The notes under the pieces: generated by a model | Seen by the model: only the letters and a program-made list of their open reading frames with translations | Database searches by the model: none | What the model was told of the DNA's origin: nothing | DNA from: Azolla caroliniana | Lineage: Eukaryota; Plantae; Polypodiophyta | Direction of reading: 5' to 3' | DNA length: 64,000 nt | Assembly (NCBI GenBank): GCA_043228905.1 | Contig: JBHGNT010000017.1 | Location: forward strand, 17,732,001-17,796,000 | Made by a program: the position numbers and the translations under genes | Part shown: positions 24,123-36,133 of the stretch, in pieces | Position numbering within the stretch: position 1 is the first letter of the stretch | How the letters are laid out: each line of letters begins with the position of its first letter

Positions 24123-26127
24123 ATGGCTACTTCAGTTTTCCCAGGTACCTCCACATCTCCTCTGTTCTTTCTATTCCTCATTGTTTCATGCCCATTCCTG
24201 TGCACATTGTCCATAGATGAGGAAGAAACCATAGACAAAGAAGCTCTACTGAGCTTCAAAGCCAGCATCAATGGTGACCCACTTCGTGTGTTAAGCTCAT
24301 GGAGCTCTTCACCTCATTCCTTCCCTTGCAACAGCAGTTGGGCAGGGGTCACTTGCAACCAGAATGGAACCAGCAGAGTGACCTCACTAGACCTCAGACA
24401 AAGCAACCTTACAGGAACTATATCCCCTTACCTCTCCAACCTCACCTTCCTAACATACCTTAACCTCTCCATCAATGGCCTCACTGGCTCCATACCTGAA
24501 CAGTTAGGTCAATTGTCATCACTAACCCATCTAGATTTCAAAGAGAATTTGCTATCTGGGCTCATACCTGCTTCTATTGGCAATTGTACATCCCTTGTCT
24601 GGCTTGACTTAAGCAAGAATAGCGATGTGGTCGGGTCAATCCCGCCTTCCGTCGGCAGTCTCACTGCCCTTGAAATGCTTCAACTCCACACCCTGCCAAA
24701 TTTGACGGGTACCATACCCCCCGAGCTTGGAAACCTTACCAATTTACGATATATGTATTTGGGTCAAAATGACTTGATTGGAAGCGTACCTCCTGAGCTA
24801 GGTAAGCTCACTAAGCTCCTTGAACTTTACCTCATGATCAACAACCTCGACGGGGTGATCCCAGCAGAACTCGGACGCCTTCATAGCCTTGAGACGTTGA
24901 ATATATTTCAAAACGATCTCAATGGAAGCCTCCCCAGGGAGATTGGAAACCTCACTAACCTCCAATACCTATATGTTCAGCAGAACAATCTTTCTGGAGA
25001 GTTGCCCCGGGAGATCGGAGACATGAGATGCTTGGAAGTACTGCAACTCTACTACAATAGTTTTACTGGTGAAGTGCCCATTGAGATAACTAAGCTTCGG
25101 AACTTGAGTCTCTTGGTTCTCCGTAACAATGGGTTCAGTGGCAACATTCTGGCGGACCTAGGAAATATGACTACTTTAACTCAGATGTACCTTGGTTACA
25201 ACCAATTCACAGGATTCCTACCCCCAGAATTAGGGAATCTTGTAAACCTGGTATACTTTGATGCTAATTCAAACTTACTTAAAGGGCCCATCCCTTCCAC
25301 ATTAGGGAGACTCACAAAGCTAGTTTATCTGGACTTGTCCATCAACAATTTCTCAGGTGGTATACCGGTTGAGTTAACCAATTGTGTAGAATTACAATGG
25401 CTCAAACTTTCCAATAACTCTTTGAGTGGGGAGTTTCCAAATCAATTCACCTCTCTGGGCCAGTTACACTCATTATCACTTGCAAACAACAGCTTTAATG
25501 GAAGCCTTCCTGCCTCCTTTGTGAATGAGAGCAGTTTGGTGGTACTAGATTTTTCACGTAATCGGTTTGGTGGGTCTCTGCCTGACAGTTGGGGTCAACT
25601 GAAGAATCTAAGGGTTTTAAGTGTTGGTTATAACAACTTAGAGGGTGTTCTTCCCTTATGGGTCTGGAATTTGAATCAGTTGCAGATATTGGCGCTGTCA
25701 AACAACCGACTCTCAGGTACGATACCGGCTGACATACACAACTTGGAGGGTTTTAAGAAGAATGAAAGTAAAATCAATTTGGACAGAACTTTGTGGAGTG
25801 ATTATGTGACTGTTGATGCAAAGGGTACACAATTAGACTTCACATATATTTTAGATGTTATCATATCTTTGGATTTGTCGGGGAATAAGCTGTCTGGTAT
25901 CATACCTATTGAGATTGGTTCATTGACCGGATTGTTCAGCCTAAATCTTTCGAGAAATCTTCTAACAGGCCCAATCCCAAATAGTCTCGGAAATGTTCTG
26001 ACACTTGAATCATTGGATCTTTCGAACAATCAGCTTAGTGGTGCAATACCTACCCAACTAACAGCTTTGACATCACTAACATCCCTGAATCTATCAAACA
26101 ATCAGTTATCAGGGGCAATCCCAACAG
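24123..26127 (+). CDS. LRR receptor kinase exon 1 (signal peptide, LRRNT, about 19 LRRs, island domain, 4 LRRs)
   Basis: Plant LRR consensus LxxLxLxxNxLxGxIP is repeated, with a CxxxWxGVxC cap. Phase-1 donor CCAACAG|GTATG at 26127/26128. Confidence 0.93.
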
Positions 26128-26445
26128 GTATGTTCTATTTGTATAACAGATTTGCTTCCATTTATCAATATCTTAGCTTTGACTCGTTATATCAATTTCA
26201 ACTCTTGGGTTGTGGAAAGTGAATGTTAGCATTGGGTTGTGGAAAATGATTTTGTGAAGCCAGGGTTTTTGGTAAATAGACAGCAAGAATATCAAGATGA
26301 CTTTTTAGAATCCATGTAACATTTAAATAAAACTTGAGATTTGAGACTATTTCTATCCCTAAATCTTCATGTTTTAACGTTTTATTTAGGTATTTTTGAT
26401 GCATATGGTTTCTTATGCATGTTTAAAATTTGTTTCCTTTTACAG

Positions 26446-27255
26446 GAAATCAGTTTGGCAGCTTTCCGAATGATTCATATCTCGGAAATGCCTATCTCTG
26501 TGGGCATCCACTTACGTTAAGTTGTCCAAACGAAGTGTCTGAATCTGTAGCTTATGAGCATGACACTTCCAAAACCAAAATCATAATCATTTGTGTAGTT
26601 GTGGTTTTTATTTGTGCAATAATTGCTATACTCACGTTTTTAATTGCTGCTAAAAAGTCGAGGAAAACTAAAGTTGTAATGTTCGACCCAAGGATCAAAC
26701 TCTCTGCTCAAGAGATTTCTCGTGCAACAAACAAATATAATGATGCTAACATTGTTGGTAGAGGTGGCTCAAGCACAGTCTACAAAGGTGTTTTAAGTAG
26801 TGGAATGATGGTTGCTGTCAAGAAACTGAATCTCCACAACAGTCCAGAGGTTGAAAAATGTTTTGTATTGGAGTCAACTACATTGGGTCAAATTCGCCAT
26901 CGAAATCTCGTGAAAATATTCGGTACCTTATCATCTGCAAATTCAAAATGCTTGATTCTGGATTACATACCAAATGGGAACCTAGATTTGCATCTACACA
27001 CACATACATCCAACTTAAGTTGGGATCAACGATTTAATATTGCTCTTGGAGTGGCACAAGGATTGGTTTATCTGCATGAGGAAACAGGATTCAGCCAGGT
27101 TCTCCACTGTGACCTCAAGCCGAGCAATATTCTTCTGGATGAGGATTTCGAGGCACATATCAGTGACTTTGGTATTGCACGGATGACAAGCTCTGAAATT
27201 GAATTTGCGGTTTCTATGTCGGGCATGCAAGGTTCGATTGGATATGTGGCACCAG
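26446..27255 (+). CDS. LRR receptor kinase exon 2 (C-cap, TM, kinase I-VIII)
   Basis: Acceptor TTTACAG|GA; contains GNAYLCG, a hydrophobic TM, GRGGSSTVYKG, VAVKK, HCDLKPSN, DFG and GSIGYVAP. Donor GCACCAG|GTATC. Confidence 0.93.
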
Positions 27256-27597
27256 GTATCCAGTCCGCGATATTGTTTGCTTTGGGTTTGTTCTTATTTA
27301 TGTGTATGTGTGTGAGAGAGAAACGAAGTGAAATTATGCGACTTAAGAAGACCAAAATAATGCAAAAAATAATAATAAATGGAGAGTTAGAAAAGAGGAT
27401 TGAAGTAGAATGCATAAGTGTAGAAACTTCAATCTAGTGGAAGGGTAGAGATAAAGAAGGTCCTAAAGAAAGATTTTTCCTGTTTATTAAAGGTTTGGTA
27501 AATCATAACCACTGGATAATACAAATAATGTACAATGATATAAAAACCGTGGATACAACGTATGCAAAAGAAACAAATAAACAGAGGGGAGGTAGAA

Positions 27598-27977
27598 TGT
27601 TAGTGTGTCACCTCATGAATTCTCTAATACCCATCTACGAGGTAAGGTTGTCTAATGCTATGAGGTTAGTGTAAACTATATTAATCAACTAAAAATTATC
27701 AATTGAACAGAATGAGCAAAGGGGGTTTTATATACAAGTCCTCAAAGGACTACCACACTAAATGTGGTTGGTGTAGTCTACTCATAGACATCTACTCGAG
27801 TACAATTCTATCATAAGCATATCTAATATTCTTTGACCACATTTACACATTTATCACAATCTAGTTCTTCGTGTAACTAGATCATTCACACAAATTACAA
27901 TCAAGTGCGCTCACGCATATTTTTACACATTGTGCTTTTCTTCATAAGAAAACGTTGACACGAGTTGATTCTCAACA
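27598..27977 (-). mobile_element. Degenerate solo-LTR-like remnant in RLK intron 2
   Basis: TGTTAG...GATTCTCAACA. The right end resembles the end of solo LTR 14291-14731 and is the reverse complement of the LTR start at 29928. No TSD was found. Confidence 0.4.
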
Positions 27978-28610
27978 GTAAGGTGGCCGTCTAAGAAGTC
28001 TTATCATCTGCCTTTATACAGATGTCTAATAGGAACAACCCCAAAGCTATACCCGATAGTAGAAGTCCATGCATGACTCAAGAGAATGGTCCAGATGGGC
28101 ATAGCAACATGAAGTATTGCCCTCACATCCCCAACATTCTAGTGGACTGCAGAGCAGATTAGCATAAATGTCTAGAAGATCCCACATTTCCATGTACTTT
28201 TGAAGAAAGGAAACTTACCTGACCAAAGCCTGTATGTGCATCACTGGTGCCTGTATGACCTTTGGTTTCCCATGGTTCACCAGAGTGCACTGTCTTGTGC
28301 AATAGGATCTAGAGCTATCTAGCTCATATATTATGCCTAGTCCTTTCTGATAAAAATGTCATGCTCGAGGAACTCCCAAATCCTGGAACCTGCTAATCAA
28401 ATCTTCGCTGTAGGCTCTCTGCAGAGATCTATAAAGCAACACTAAATCCCTCTGGTGTCAAAGATAGTTCTTAGTAGTGCCATGTGGTACTATAAGGTTT
28501 GGATTCTCTATAGTTTTTGAAGCTTGAATAATAAGCCTTTGTCAATAAGTGTCTTGGAATTAATTTTGATGGCTCGCTATATGACTTGCTTTGCTTTGAT
28601 TAATTGGCAG

Positions 28611-29029
28611 AATATGCATATGGCGAGAGATTGACGGACAAGGTGGATGTGTATAGCTATGGCGTCGTGGTATTAGAGATGATTACCACGCAGCGTCCGA
28701 CTAGCAACATTTTCATGGACGGAAAAAGCCTACCCAAATGGGCGCAATCTGCATTACATGGGAATTGGATGGACGTGATTGATCCATACCTCGAGAAGGA
28801 AATCCAAGATGGATTAGTAGACCACGAGACCATACACAACGTATTGGCTTTGGCATTGGCTTGTGCCAAGGAATCTCCGAAAGATCGGCCAACAATGTTG
28901 GCTGTACTAGAGACATTAGTTCTTTTGAAGCAAGGAAAGGTAATTGAAGTCCAAATGGATACCAATTCAGATGCTACCAGTGAATTGGGTTTATTGGACT
29001 CTGGGAATACCTCCGATTCGTCTTTGTGA
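28611..29029 (+). CDS. LRR receptor kinase exon 3 (kinase IX-XI and tail)
   Basis: Acceptor TTGGCAG|AATAT restores APE-Y; contains DVYSYGVV, RPT and CAKESPKDRPTM. Spliced CDS 2005+810+419 = 3234 nt, 1077 aa. Confidence 0.93.
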
Positions 29030-29920
29030 GTATGAGAAATAGGGCATTTGGCACTCTTATGTAAAGAAAATAATTTTAGGAGTCGTTTGTCGATGCCACT
29101 TCAAGCCATCAATTGTAATTTTCATGCTCCAGCCTCCAACTTAGCTTCCAACTTAGTTGTTGTATCATGCTCTATCTTAGTTACTCTTAGGCACTCCATG
29201 ATATTATAACCTGTGTTTCTTTCACTAGCTCTATGTCATTTGGATTCAATGCGCTTGCCTTATCCGACACAATGTCCAGGGAGAACAACATAGCTTCTCC
29301 ATGTTATAAATATGTGTACCAACATTTTATCTTATATTGTATTGTATTCTTTTTACTAAGAAAATAAATAACATCACCTATGACTGTGAGCAAGTAACAA
29401 CTCTCAAAAAATATCAATTCCTTTTGTGTGCTAGAGTAAATTCCCTATGTTATATTCTTTCTCTTCCCCATTCTTTTTTATATTATATTTACTAGAAGAC
29501 AAAAATATTTGGTTTTCTCTGGTTAGTATTAGAATATAAAAAGTGCAAGTAACTTTGTAAACCTCCAAACATCCATTTACCACTTGCAAGCATGCCACAT
29601 GTAAGTATGGTACTTAGCAAGCATGTCACCTGAATTATGGTCATAATGAGATGATGATAATCTAGGAAAAATCAAAATATGGAGGCACGATAACATTTGG
29701 TTAATGAGAGTAGTAGTGGTGAGGAACAAGTTATGCTATCATGAGTGGTGGTCACCTAATAATACACATTCCAAAATATAATCTTCATGAAAGCATTGGG
29801 GACCAACAAGCTTCGGCAATTTTTTATTGGGCTTGGCCTTTCGACCAATGACTTGCTACGCATGAGGGGGAGTGATAGCCAACCTGATAGCTGACTCGGT
29901 TGTGAAATAGTTGAGCTTCA

Positions 29921-30010
29921 AGGGGCGTGTTGAGAATCAAACTCAACCTAAGTCTAGTGTGTGAAACTGAACACACGTTATTTAGAGAATGTATGAACAC
30001 TCAAAGGTCA
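29921..30010 (+). mobile_element. PPT plus start of an LTR (remnant)
   Basis: AGGGGCG|TGTTGAGAATCAA; extent unclear. Confidence 0.35.
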
Positions 30011-30188
30011 AAGGTCACCACTATTCCCCAAGTTGCTAGAGAGAGTGGATGTTTTAATGAGAGAATGTAGAGAGAGGGTGACTTGATATAAAGCATCCTC
30101 CTTCCTTTGTAAAATGTTGGTTTCTAGTTTATTTTCTTACTCCGTTTTAATATACATTTGAATCTTTTTATCTTCTATCTATCTTGTT

Positions 30189-30190
<2 letters not shown>

Positions 30191-30247
<57 letters not shown>
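30191..30247. repeat. (CT)n(CA)n microsatellite
   Basis: Read directly. Confidence 0.9.
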
Positions 30248-30387
30248 TCTAATCTATTTTGCCTATCATAATAATTCAGCTTAATTATTTACATGATGTA
30301 ATATCGGCATCCTTCGATCGTAGGCGTTTGTGATAGCCCCCATACATCTGAGTGGATAATTTCAAGGAGGCCTTTACTTTATAATAT

Positions 30388-31518
30388 GAGAAAGAAAGAA
30401 AGAAATATTAACGTCTTATAAGGCCAAAATTGGCCCATGAGACAAATGGTTTTCAACAAAAATGGGGTATTTACCCATTTATCAAAAGAGAAAATAAAAA
30501 CAAAATAGAGCTTAAGCTAAATGGTTCTAGTAAAAAAACATGTTCTATAAGGAAATGACTTTATACTAGGCCTAGTTTCATTTCCATCCAAGTCTCTCGA
30601 AAAGAAGCGGGTGGTCAAAGGGTTTTGATGTGGATGTGGCATGTGGTACCAATGTAAGAGGTACCCCCCAACCATAGCTTTTAGGCAGCGTAGCTCATGT
30701 TCCCTTATCTTCTTAACCATTTCTACTACGCGTCGAGTTGCTTTGAAGCCCAACATTCAGGGGCGTTTGGTTGTTCTTTGCATTTCCGCTTCATCAAGGA
30801 GAGGCCGAGTGGCATAGGTGTGTCCACACTTAGTGTCTCCCCTTGTTCCTGAAAAATTACATTAGTTTCATGTCGGTGGATATTAAAAGGGTTATCGTTA
30901 ACACTTTGTAATTTATTCTCCCTATGTTGTTTTAGCTCTAAGATATACCTACCCAGTCTCTTTATATCCGGGGTATCTAATAGCTTGGAGAGGGTGGGAG
31001 AGGGTCCTAGTATGTCTTGGTATTTCACCCTTATCTCAGCATAAGTTGGACACTTACATGTAAACTGATGTTCATCCTCTATCTCTATGTGACATAACCT
31101 ATATAGCCTTTCCTCTTTAGGGACTTTATTAGCATGACCATTCTCAATCTCAAGTTGGTGAGATGATATCCTAAGTTGTCCAATGGCCACCCTTAGTGCG
31201 TTTGATAAGAATGTATCTAGATATTTTGGTCGTGTAATAAAACCTAACTTAGAGAAGTGCAAGAAGTGTTCCTTATAGTACAACATTTTAGATGGGAGTG
31301 GCTCTCGTGGGGTGCTCCATTTATATCGGGTGTAAATTTTCCATATTTGTCGGCGTATTACTTGATTGCGGTTTTCATGAGAGATTAAAGTTTGATCAAC
31401 CCCCTGGTTGTACTTAAGGGGAGGTAGGTTATTAATTTCTATGCCATTTGCAAGTAACCAACTCACTACAACGCTATACCAAGAGCTAGTGTCTCCGGAC
31501 ACATATAGGGATCGGGAT
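30388..31518 (-). mobile_element. 3' end of the non-L1 LINE that hosts the nest
   Basis: ORF 30726-31502 has the LRISSHQLEIENG zinc-finger C-terminus; (TTTC)n tail at about 30388-30405. Confidence 0.88.
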
Positions 31519-31519
31519 G

Positions 31520-31776
31520 TGTCAAAGGCTTGACGGGATATCCGGTGAGAACCGGGTGATGTAAGACCGGTAAGAACCTCTCACCCGATAAAGGGACATA
31601 TATGTAAATATGTTCCAGAGAGCCCACTAGGGCTATATTTTTGTAAATAGCCCGAAAGTCATATTAGTATAAATATGACCTAGGGCAAACTCTTGGTGTG
31701 TGAGTATCATAGTTGTTGTCATTATCGTTTTATAGAGTTATTGGTGTAACTGTTGTACAGAGCGTAGCAGAGAGAG

Positions 31777-31846
<70 letters not shown>

Positions 31847-32108
31847 TATGTTGTAACCGCCGCTAGGCAAAGAGAGTGAGCACGAGGTCGTTGCCTCTGT
31901 GCCTCCTGTTGTATTCTTTGATAAAGTGATAGTTTGGAGTCTGTGGGCTCCCATGGTTTTTCCCTCTCAGGGTTTTCCATGTTAACATCCTGTGCATTCT
32001 CTTTTTGTTGGTGTACTTACTTCCATTTCCCATTTCTTCTGCGTTTGATTATCATTAAGTGATCTAAGCTTCGGTTGTGGCTGAAGATTATTCCACATAT
32101 TCTTGTCA
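31520..32108 (+). mobile_element. Solo copia LTR (related to the 48012-48694 LTR)
   Basis: TGTCAAAG...CTTGTCA. Shares AAGGGACATAT, AGTCATATTAGTATAAATATGAC.TAGGGCAAAC and GGTTTTCCA.GTTAACAT with the copia LTRs and has an internal (GA)n tract. No short TSD. Confidence 0.85.
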
Positions 32109-32679
32109 CCTACCTAGTCTCTTTATATCTGGGGTATCTAATAGCTTGGAGAGGGTGGGAGAGGGTCCTAGTATGTCTTGGTATTTCGCCCTTATCTCGG
32201 CATAAGTTGGACACTTACATGTAAACTGATGTTCATCCTCTATCTCTATGTTACATAACCTAAATAGCCTTTCCTCTCTAGGGACTCTATTAGCATGACT
32301 ATTCTCAATCTCAAGTTGGTGCGATGATATCCTAAGTTGTCCAATGGCCACCCTTAGTGCGTTTGATAAGAATGTATCTAGATATTTTGGTCGTGGAATA
32401 AAACCTAACTTAGAGAAGTGCAAGAAGTGTTCCTTATAGTACAACATTTTAGATGGGAGTGGCTCTCATGGGGTGATCCATTTATATCGGGTGTAAAATT
32501 TCCATATTTCTTGGCGTATTACTTGATTGCGGTTTTCATGAGAGATTAAAGTTTGATCAATCCCCTGGTTGTACTTAAGGGGAGGTAGGTTATTAATTTC
32601 TATGCCATTTGCAAGTAACCAACTCACTACAACGCTATACCAAGAGCTAGTGTCTCCGGACACATATAGGGATCGGGAT
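32109..32679 (-). repeat. 571-bp direct duplicate of LINE segment 30948-31518
   Basis: Same length, colinear, scattered substitutions only. Confidence 0.92.
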
Positions 32680-32732
32680 CGAGATCGAGAGAGAGAGATA
32701 GTGAGGACGACAGAGAGAGAGAGAGAGTTGAT

Positions 32733-33028
32733 AATAACAGATGATATATTATAGGAAGAGTAAGTACAAGATGACTATTCATGAGGCTTAAGACTGGCGT
32801 TGAACCAATTTGGTTCAACATAATGCCTAGTGCCTTCTTTTATAGTGTTCTAAGGAGTAATCCTTAAGCTTCTAGAATGTTCCAGAGAAATCTGGAATAT
32901 ACATTAATTTCCTATAATAAAACTTAAATGAAAATAATATCCTACGTATTACAATAGATTGTATAATAGTCAAGAGCTCGACCGATATAACATAAGGTCA
33001 TGGGTTCGAGTCTTGCCATATCATGACA
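32733..33028 (-). repeat. 3' LTR of chromovirus 1
   Basis: Near-identical to 54488-54778; adjacent PPT AGGGGGAGATAG on the minus strand. Confidence 0.9.
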
Positions 33029-33518
33029 CTATCTCCCCCTTAAGACGACGAGTGGAACGAGTTGGCGCTGATTGCGGACCGGGTTTATCCGGATACTTTC
33101 GGTGGAACTCATCAAGAAGATCCTGAGCATTGGTGACATGCTCGACGGGTTCCCAAGTACGTTCGCTCGGACTATAGCCGAGCCAATCGACCAAACAAAA
33201 AAGTTTGTTGCGAACAAGTTTGGAATCGAGTACGGCAACAACTTCATACTCCAGGCTGGCTTCCAACTCAAGCAGGGGCGGCGGTGGTGTAACACAATCG
33301 GGAATAGTGTTTGCTTTATAAGGTTCAAGAAGAGAGCTATGGAAAACCGGATGTATCTGAAGATGCGGAGGGAGATCAAGGCAGAACGTGCCATCATTAA
33401 CCTTACTAGTAATACGGAAAGGACCGAGTCGTCGATAATCCAACTTGTCGCACGATCGAGTGGTCTTGATGTGACGACATAAGAGCCATATGCGATCTCC
33501 GATGGCAAAAGAGGAGGG
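33021..33518 (-). pseudogene. Integrase C-terminus (GPF motif) and chromodomain of chromovirus 1
   Basis: KLDYRRLGPF, HPVFHSSLLEPY, YEVVAVLDS..LVDWLGY..RTWEP. Confidence 0.9.
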
Positions 33519-34045
33519 TGTTACCGACTTGGAACACGGTCTACGGTCAGTCCTTCGACCTAGACGTCCAAGTGACCGTGTGACAACGAATGGTAGCGTC
33601 TGTGTGTAATACTTAGTGGGATATTCCCCGTACCCTAGCAGCATATAAGGGAGACGGCTACAACCGAGCTCCTTTGACAGTGGGCCAGCGCACACACTGT
33701 TACTTACTCCTACGCTCTCAAGTGTTACAGACACACAGTAGATTAGCCGTAGCTACACACAGATATCAGAGAAGATAGAACTCTATTGCGATATGCCTCT
33801 TACATTCAAAATTACACGCTACCTCTATCAGAGGTTTTTTTCCCTTTATATACGCAGGGTCTTTTAGCCGTTCACGCTTACCGTGTGAACCGTTACATGC
33901 ATTACAATATTATACTATTCCGTTTTCCTGCGCTCTTGTCCGTCGGTTACTATTCCGGCGGACAACAGAGGGAAGCCGATAATGATCTACATAAGTCTTC
34001 TGTGTTTGTTGAGCATGACAAAGATGAGTAGAGAGATCCATCTGG

Positions 34046-35638
34046 ATCTTGCGCGGCCCAATCAACCGTTTTTGTTTGCTGACGTGTCGTGACTTGCTGC
34101 ACTTCTGCCGTAATCGTATTGACGGCGGGCATTGTGTGGCATAATGGGCATTGTGTGGCATAATGTCCGGGCTGTTGACAAACAAAACAATGGATGCTAG
34201 ATTCGCCCTTCTTGGCCCCGTCTGGTGTGTGCCGACCCCACGGTGCGACTTGCTCATGACGGTCCGGCTTCGTTTGTCGGAGTGTACGTGGTGGTTGCTG
34301 TTGGTCCCGGCGTGGTTCTTGGTGCCGGTCATTGTCCGAGCTTTCGTCATATCGCCGGTGGTCCTGATATTGCCGTTGCTTTCCACGAGGTCTATTGAAG
34401 CCGCCACGTTTGTTTGTCGGCCAGTGATTCTGATAGCGCCGACCCCCTTTAGCATATCTGGGGGGACCACGGTAGTCCTCATCCTCTGGCTCGTCTTCCT
34501 CGGAATTGTTGTGATTCCGATGATTCCGGTAGTGCCGATCCTCACGTGGGTTGCGATCCATAGACCGTGGTCGGTCTTCTTGCCTCCTTTGTTCAGTACG
34601 GCGTGGGGGACGTTGTGTGTCCATGCTGCGTACTATGGGAGCTGCTCTGTTTAGCATATTGTATTCGCACTGCTCAACTGTGTGAGCCTTCGAGTGACAG
34701 ATTGGGCAGTGGATTCGCATGTTGCACTCCACTGTGGAATGCCCCGAATGCAAGCAAATCGTGCACTGGATTGCTTGACGAAAATGTCGTTCCTCGTCCT
34801 GAGGTAACGCTTGTGGTAATGAGGACATAGAAAACCTTTCCTCTTCGTCGTCCAACTCAAGTTGTAACGCTCGTTCGATGACCATATTGGTCGTTTCCCC
34901 TTTCACGCTATTGTTGTTGAGCATGGTCTGTATAGGTCGGCGTAATGCCGCCAAAAATGTCGTCGGAGCCTCATCCTCCACGGGGCCCCGTTCTAGTTTC
35001 CGCCATAAATTTTGGAAACGTAAGATAAAATCCGCGATCGTCTCGGTCGGTAGCTGCTTAATTGTGTAGAATTGTCCGAGGATTTCGCGTTGTGGAACCC
35101 TCCGATGGAAGTACCACAAAAAGGCGGACTACAGTTGGTCGAATGTCGTGATTGCTGGCAGATCCATCTGTGAATGCCAAAACGCCGCTCGCCCATCCAA
35201 TGTTAACCCGAACTCCATCATTTTGGACCATTGCGCTACTGCCTAAGAAAGGCTCTGCGCCATGTGGTTTGCATTCCAGACATTGAGGAACAAGCGAATG
35301 TGGGTTGCAGCGTCGGTTTCGCCGTTAAAGCGGGGATAGGCAAAGGCCAAGCTGGGGGCTACGGCGGGTAGGGAAAGACCACAGTGCTAGTGTGGTGAGC
35401 ATGCTTACCATGTATCATCGCGGTATTTGGAGAGTGGGAAATTACCTTTGTGGTCCCGACAGGTAGTGCTGAGGTCGCTGAGGCGAGGCTTTTGCTGTGC
35501 GCGTTCCTCTGCCTGGCGTGTGATGGACCTTGTGATTCGCTGGTCTGGTCGTGTTAGTTCCTTAGTGCGTTAGCGGCTAAATATCCATTTGTCGTTGTTC
35601 GTCTGTGAGAAAACACAGATCACCAGGTGTGCCAAAAG
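34046..35638 (-). pseudogene. Duplicated gag segment of the Athila/Tat-like element
   Basis: ORF 33950-35119 with three CCHC-type knuckles; colinear with 42729-44431. Confidence 0.88.
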
Positions 35639-36133
35639 TGTTACCGACTAGGAACACGGTCTACGGTCAGTCCTTCGACCTAGACCTCCAAGTGACTGTG
35701 TGACAACGAATGGTAGCGTCTATGTGTAAGACTTAGTGGGATATTCCCCGTACCCTAGCAACCTATAAGGGAGACGGCTACATTTGAGCTCCTTTGATAG
35801 TGGGTTAGCGCACACACCATTACTTACTCCTACGCTCTCAAGTGTTACAGACACACAATAGATTAGCCGTAGCTACACGCATATATAAGAGAAGATAGAA
35901 TTCTATTACGATACGCCTCTTACATTCAAAATTACATGCTACCTCTATCAGAGGTTTTTTGGCCTTTATATACGCAAGGTCTTTTAGCCGTTCACGCTTC
36001 CTGCGTGAACCGTTACATGTGTTACAATATTATACTATTCCGTTTTCCTTCGCTCTTGTCCGTCGATTACTATTCCGACGGACAACACCTGGTACGCCTG
36101 GGGACAGTGCCATGGCACGTCGGACCCATCCCT

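Larger units (their letters stand above)
18559..24560 (+). repeat. Segmental duplication copy B (upstream region and 5' end of the intact RLK)
   Basis: Colinear with 3892-8965; retains blocks 19377-20488 and about 22482-23584 that are missing from copy A. Confidence 0.95.

Noticed and set aside
27978-28560. Coding-like sequence in RLK intron 2 (possible PPR or other gene relic)
   Set aside because: No ORF of 60 aa or more and only faint motif resemblance; a translated search would be needed.
24123-29029. Assigning a gene symbol (FLS2, EFR, GSO1, PSKR)
   Set aside because: The architecture matches none of them fully and orthology cannot be established without a phylogeny.
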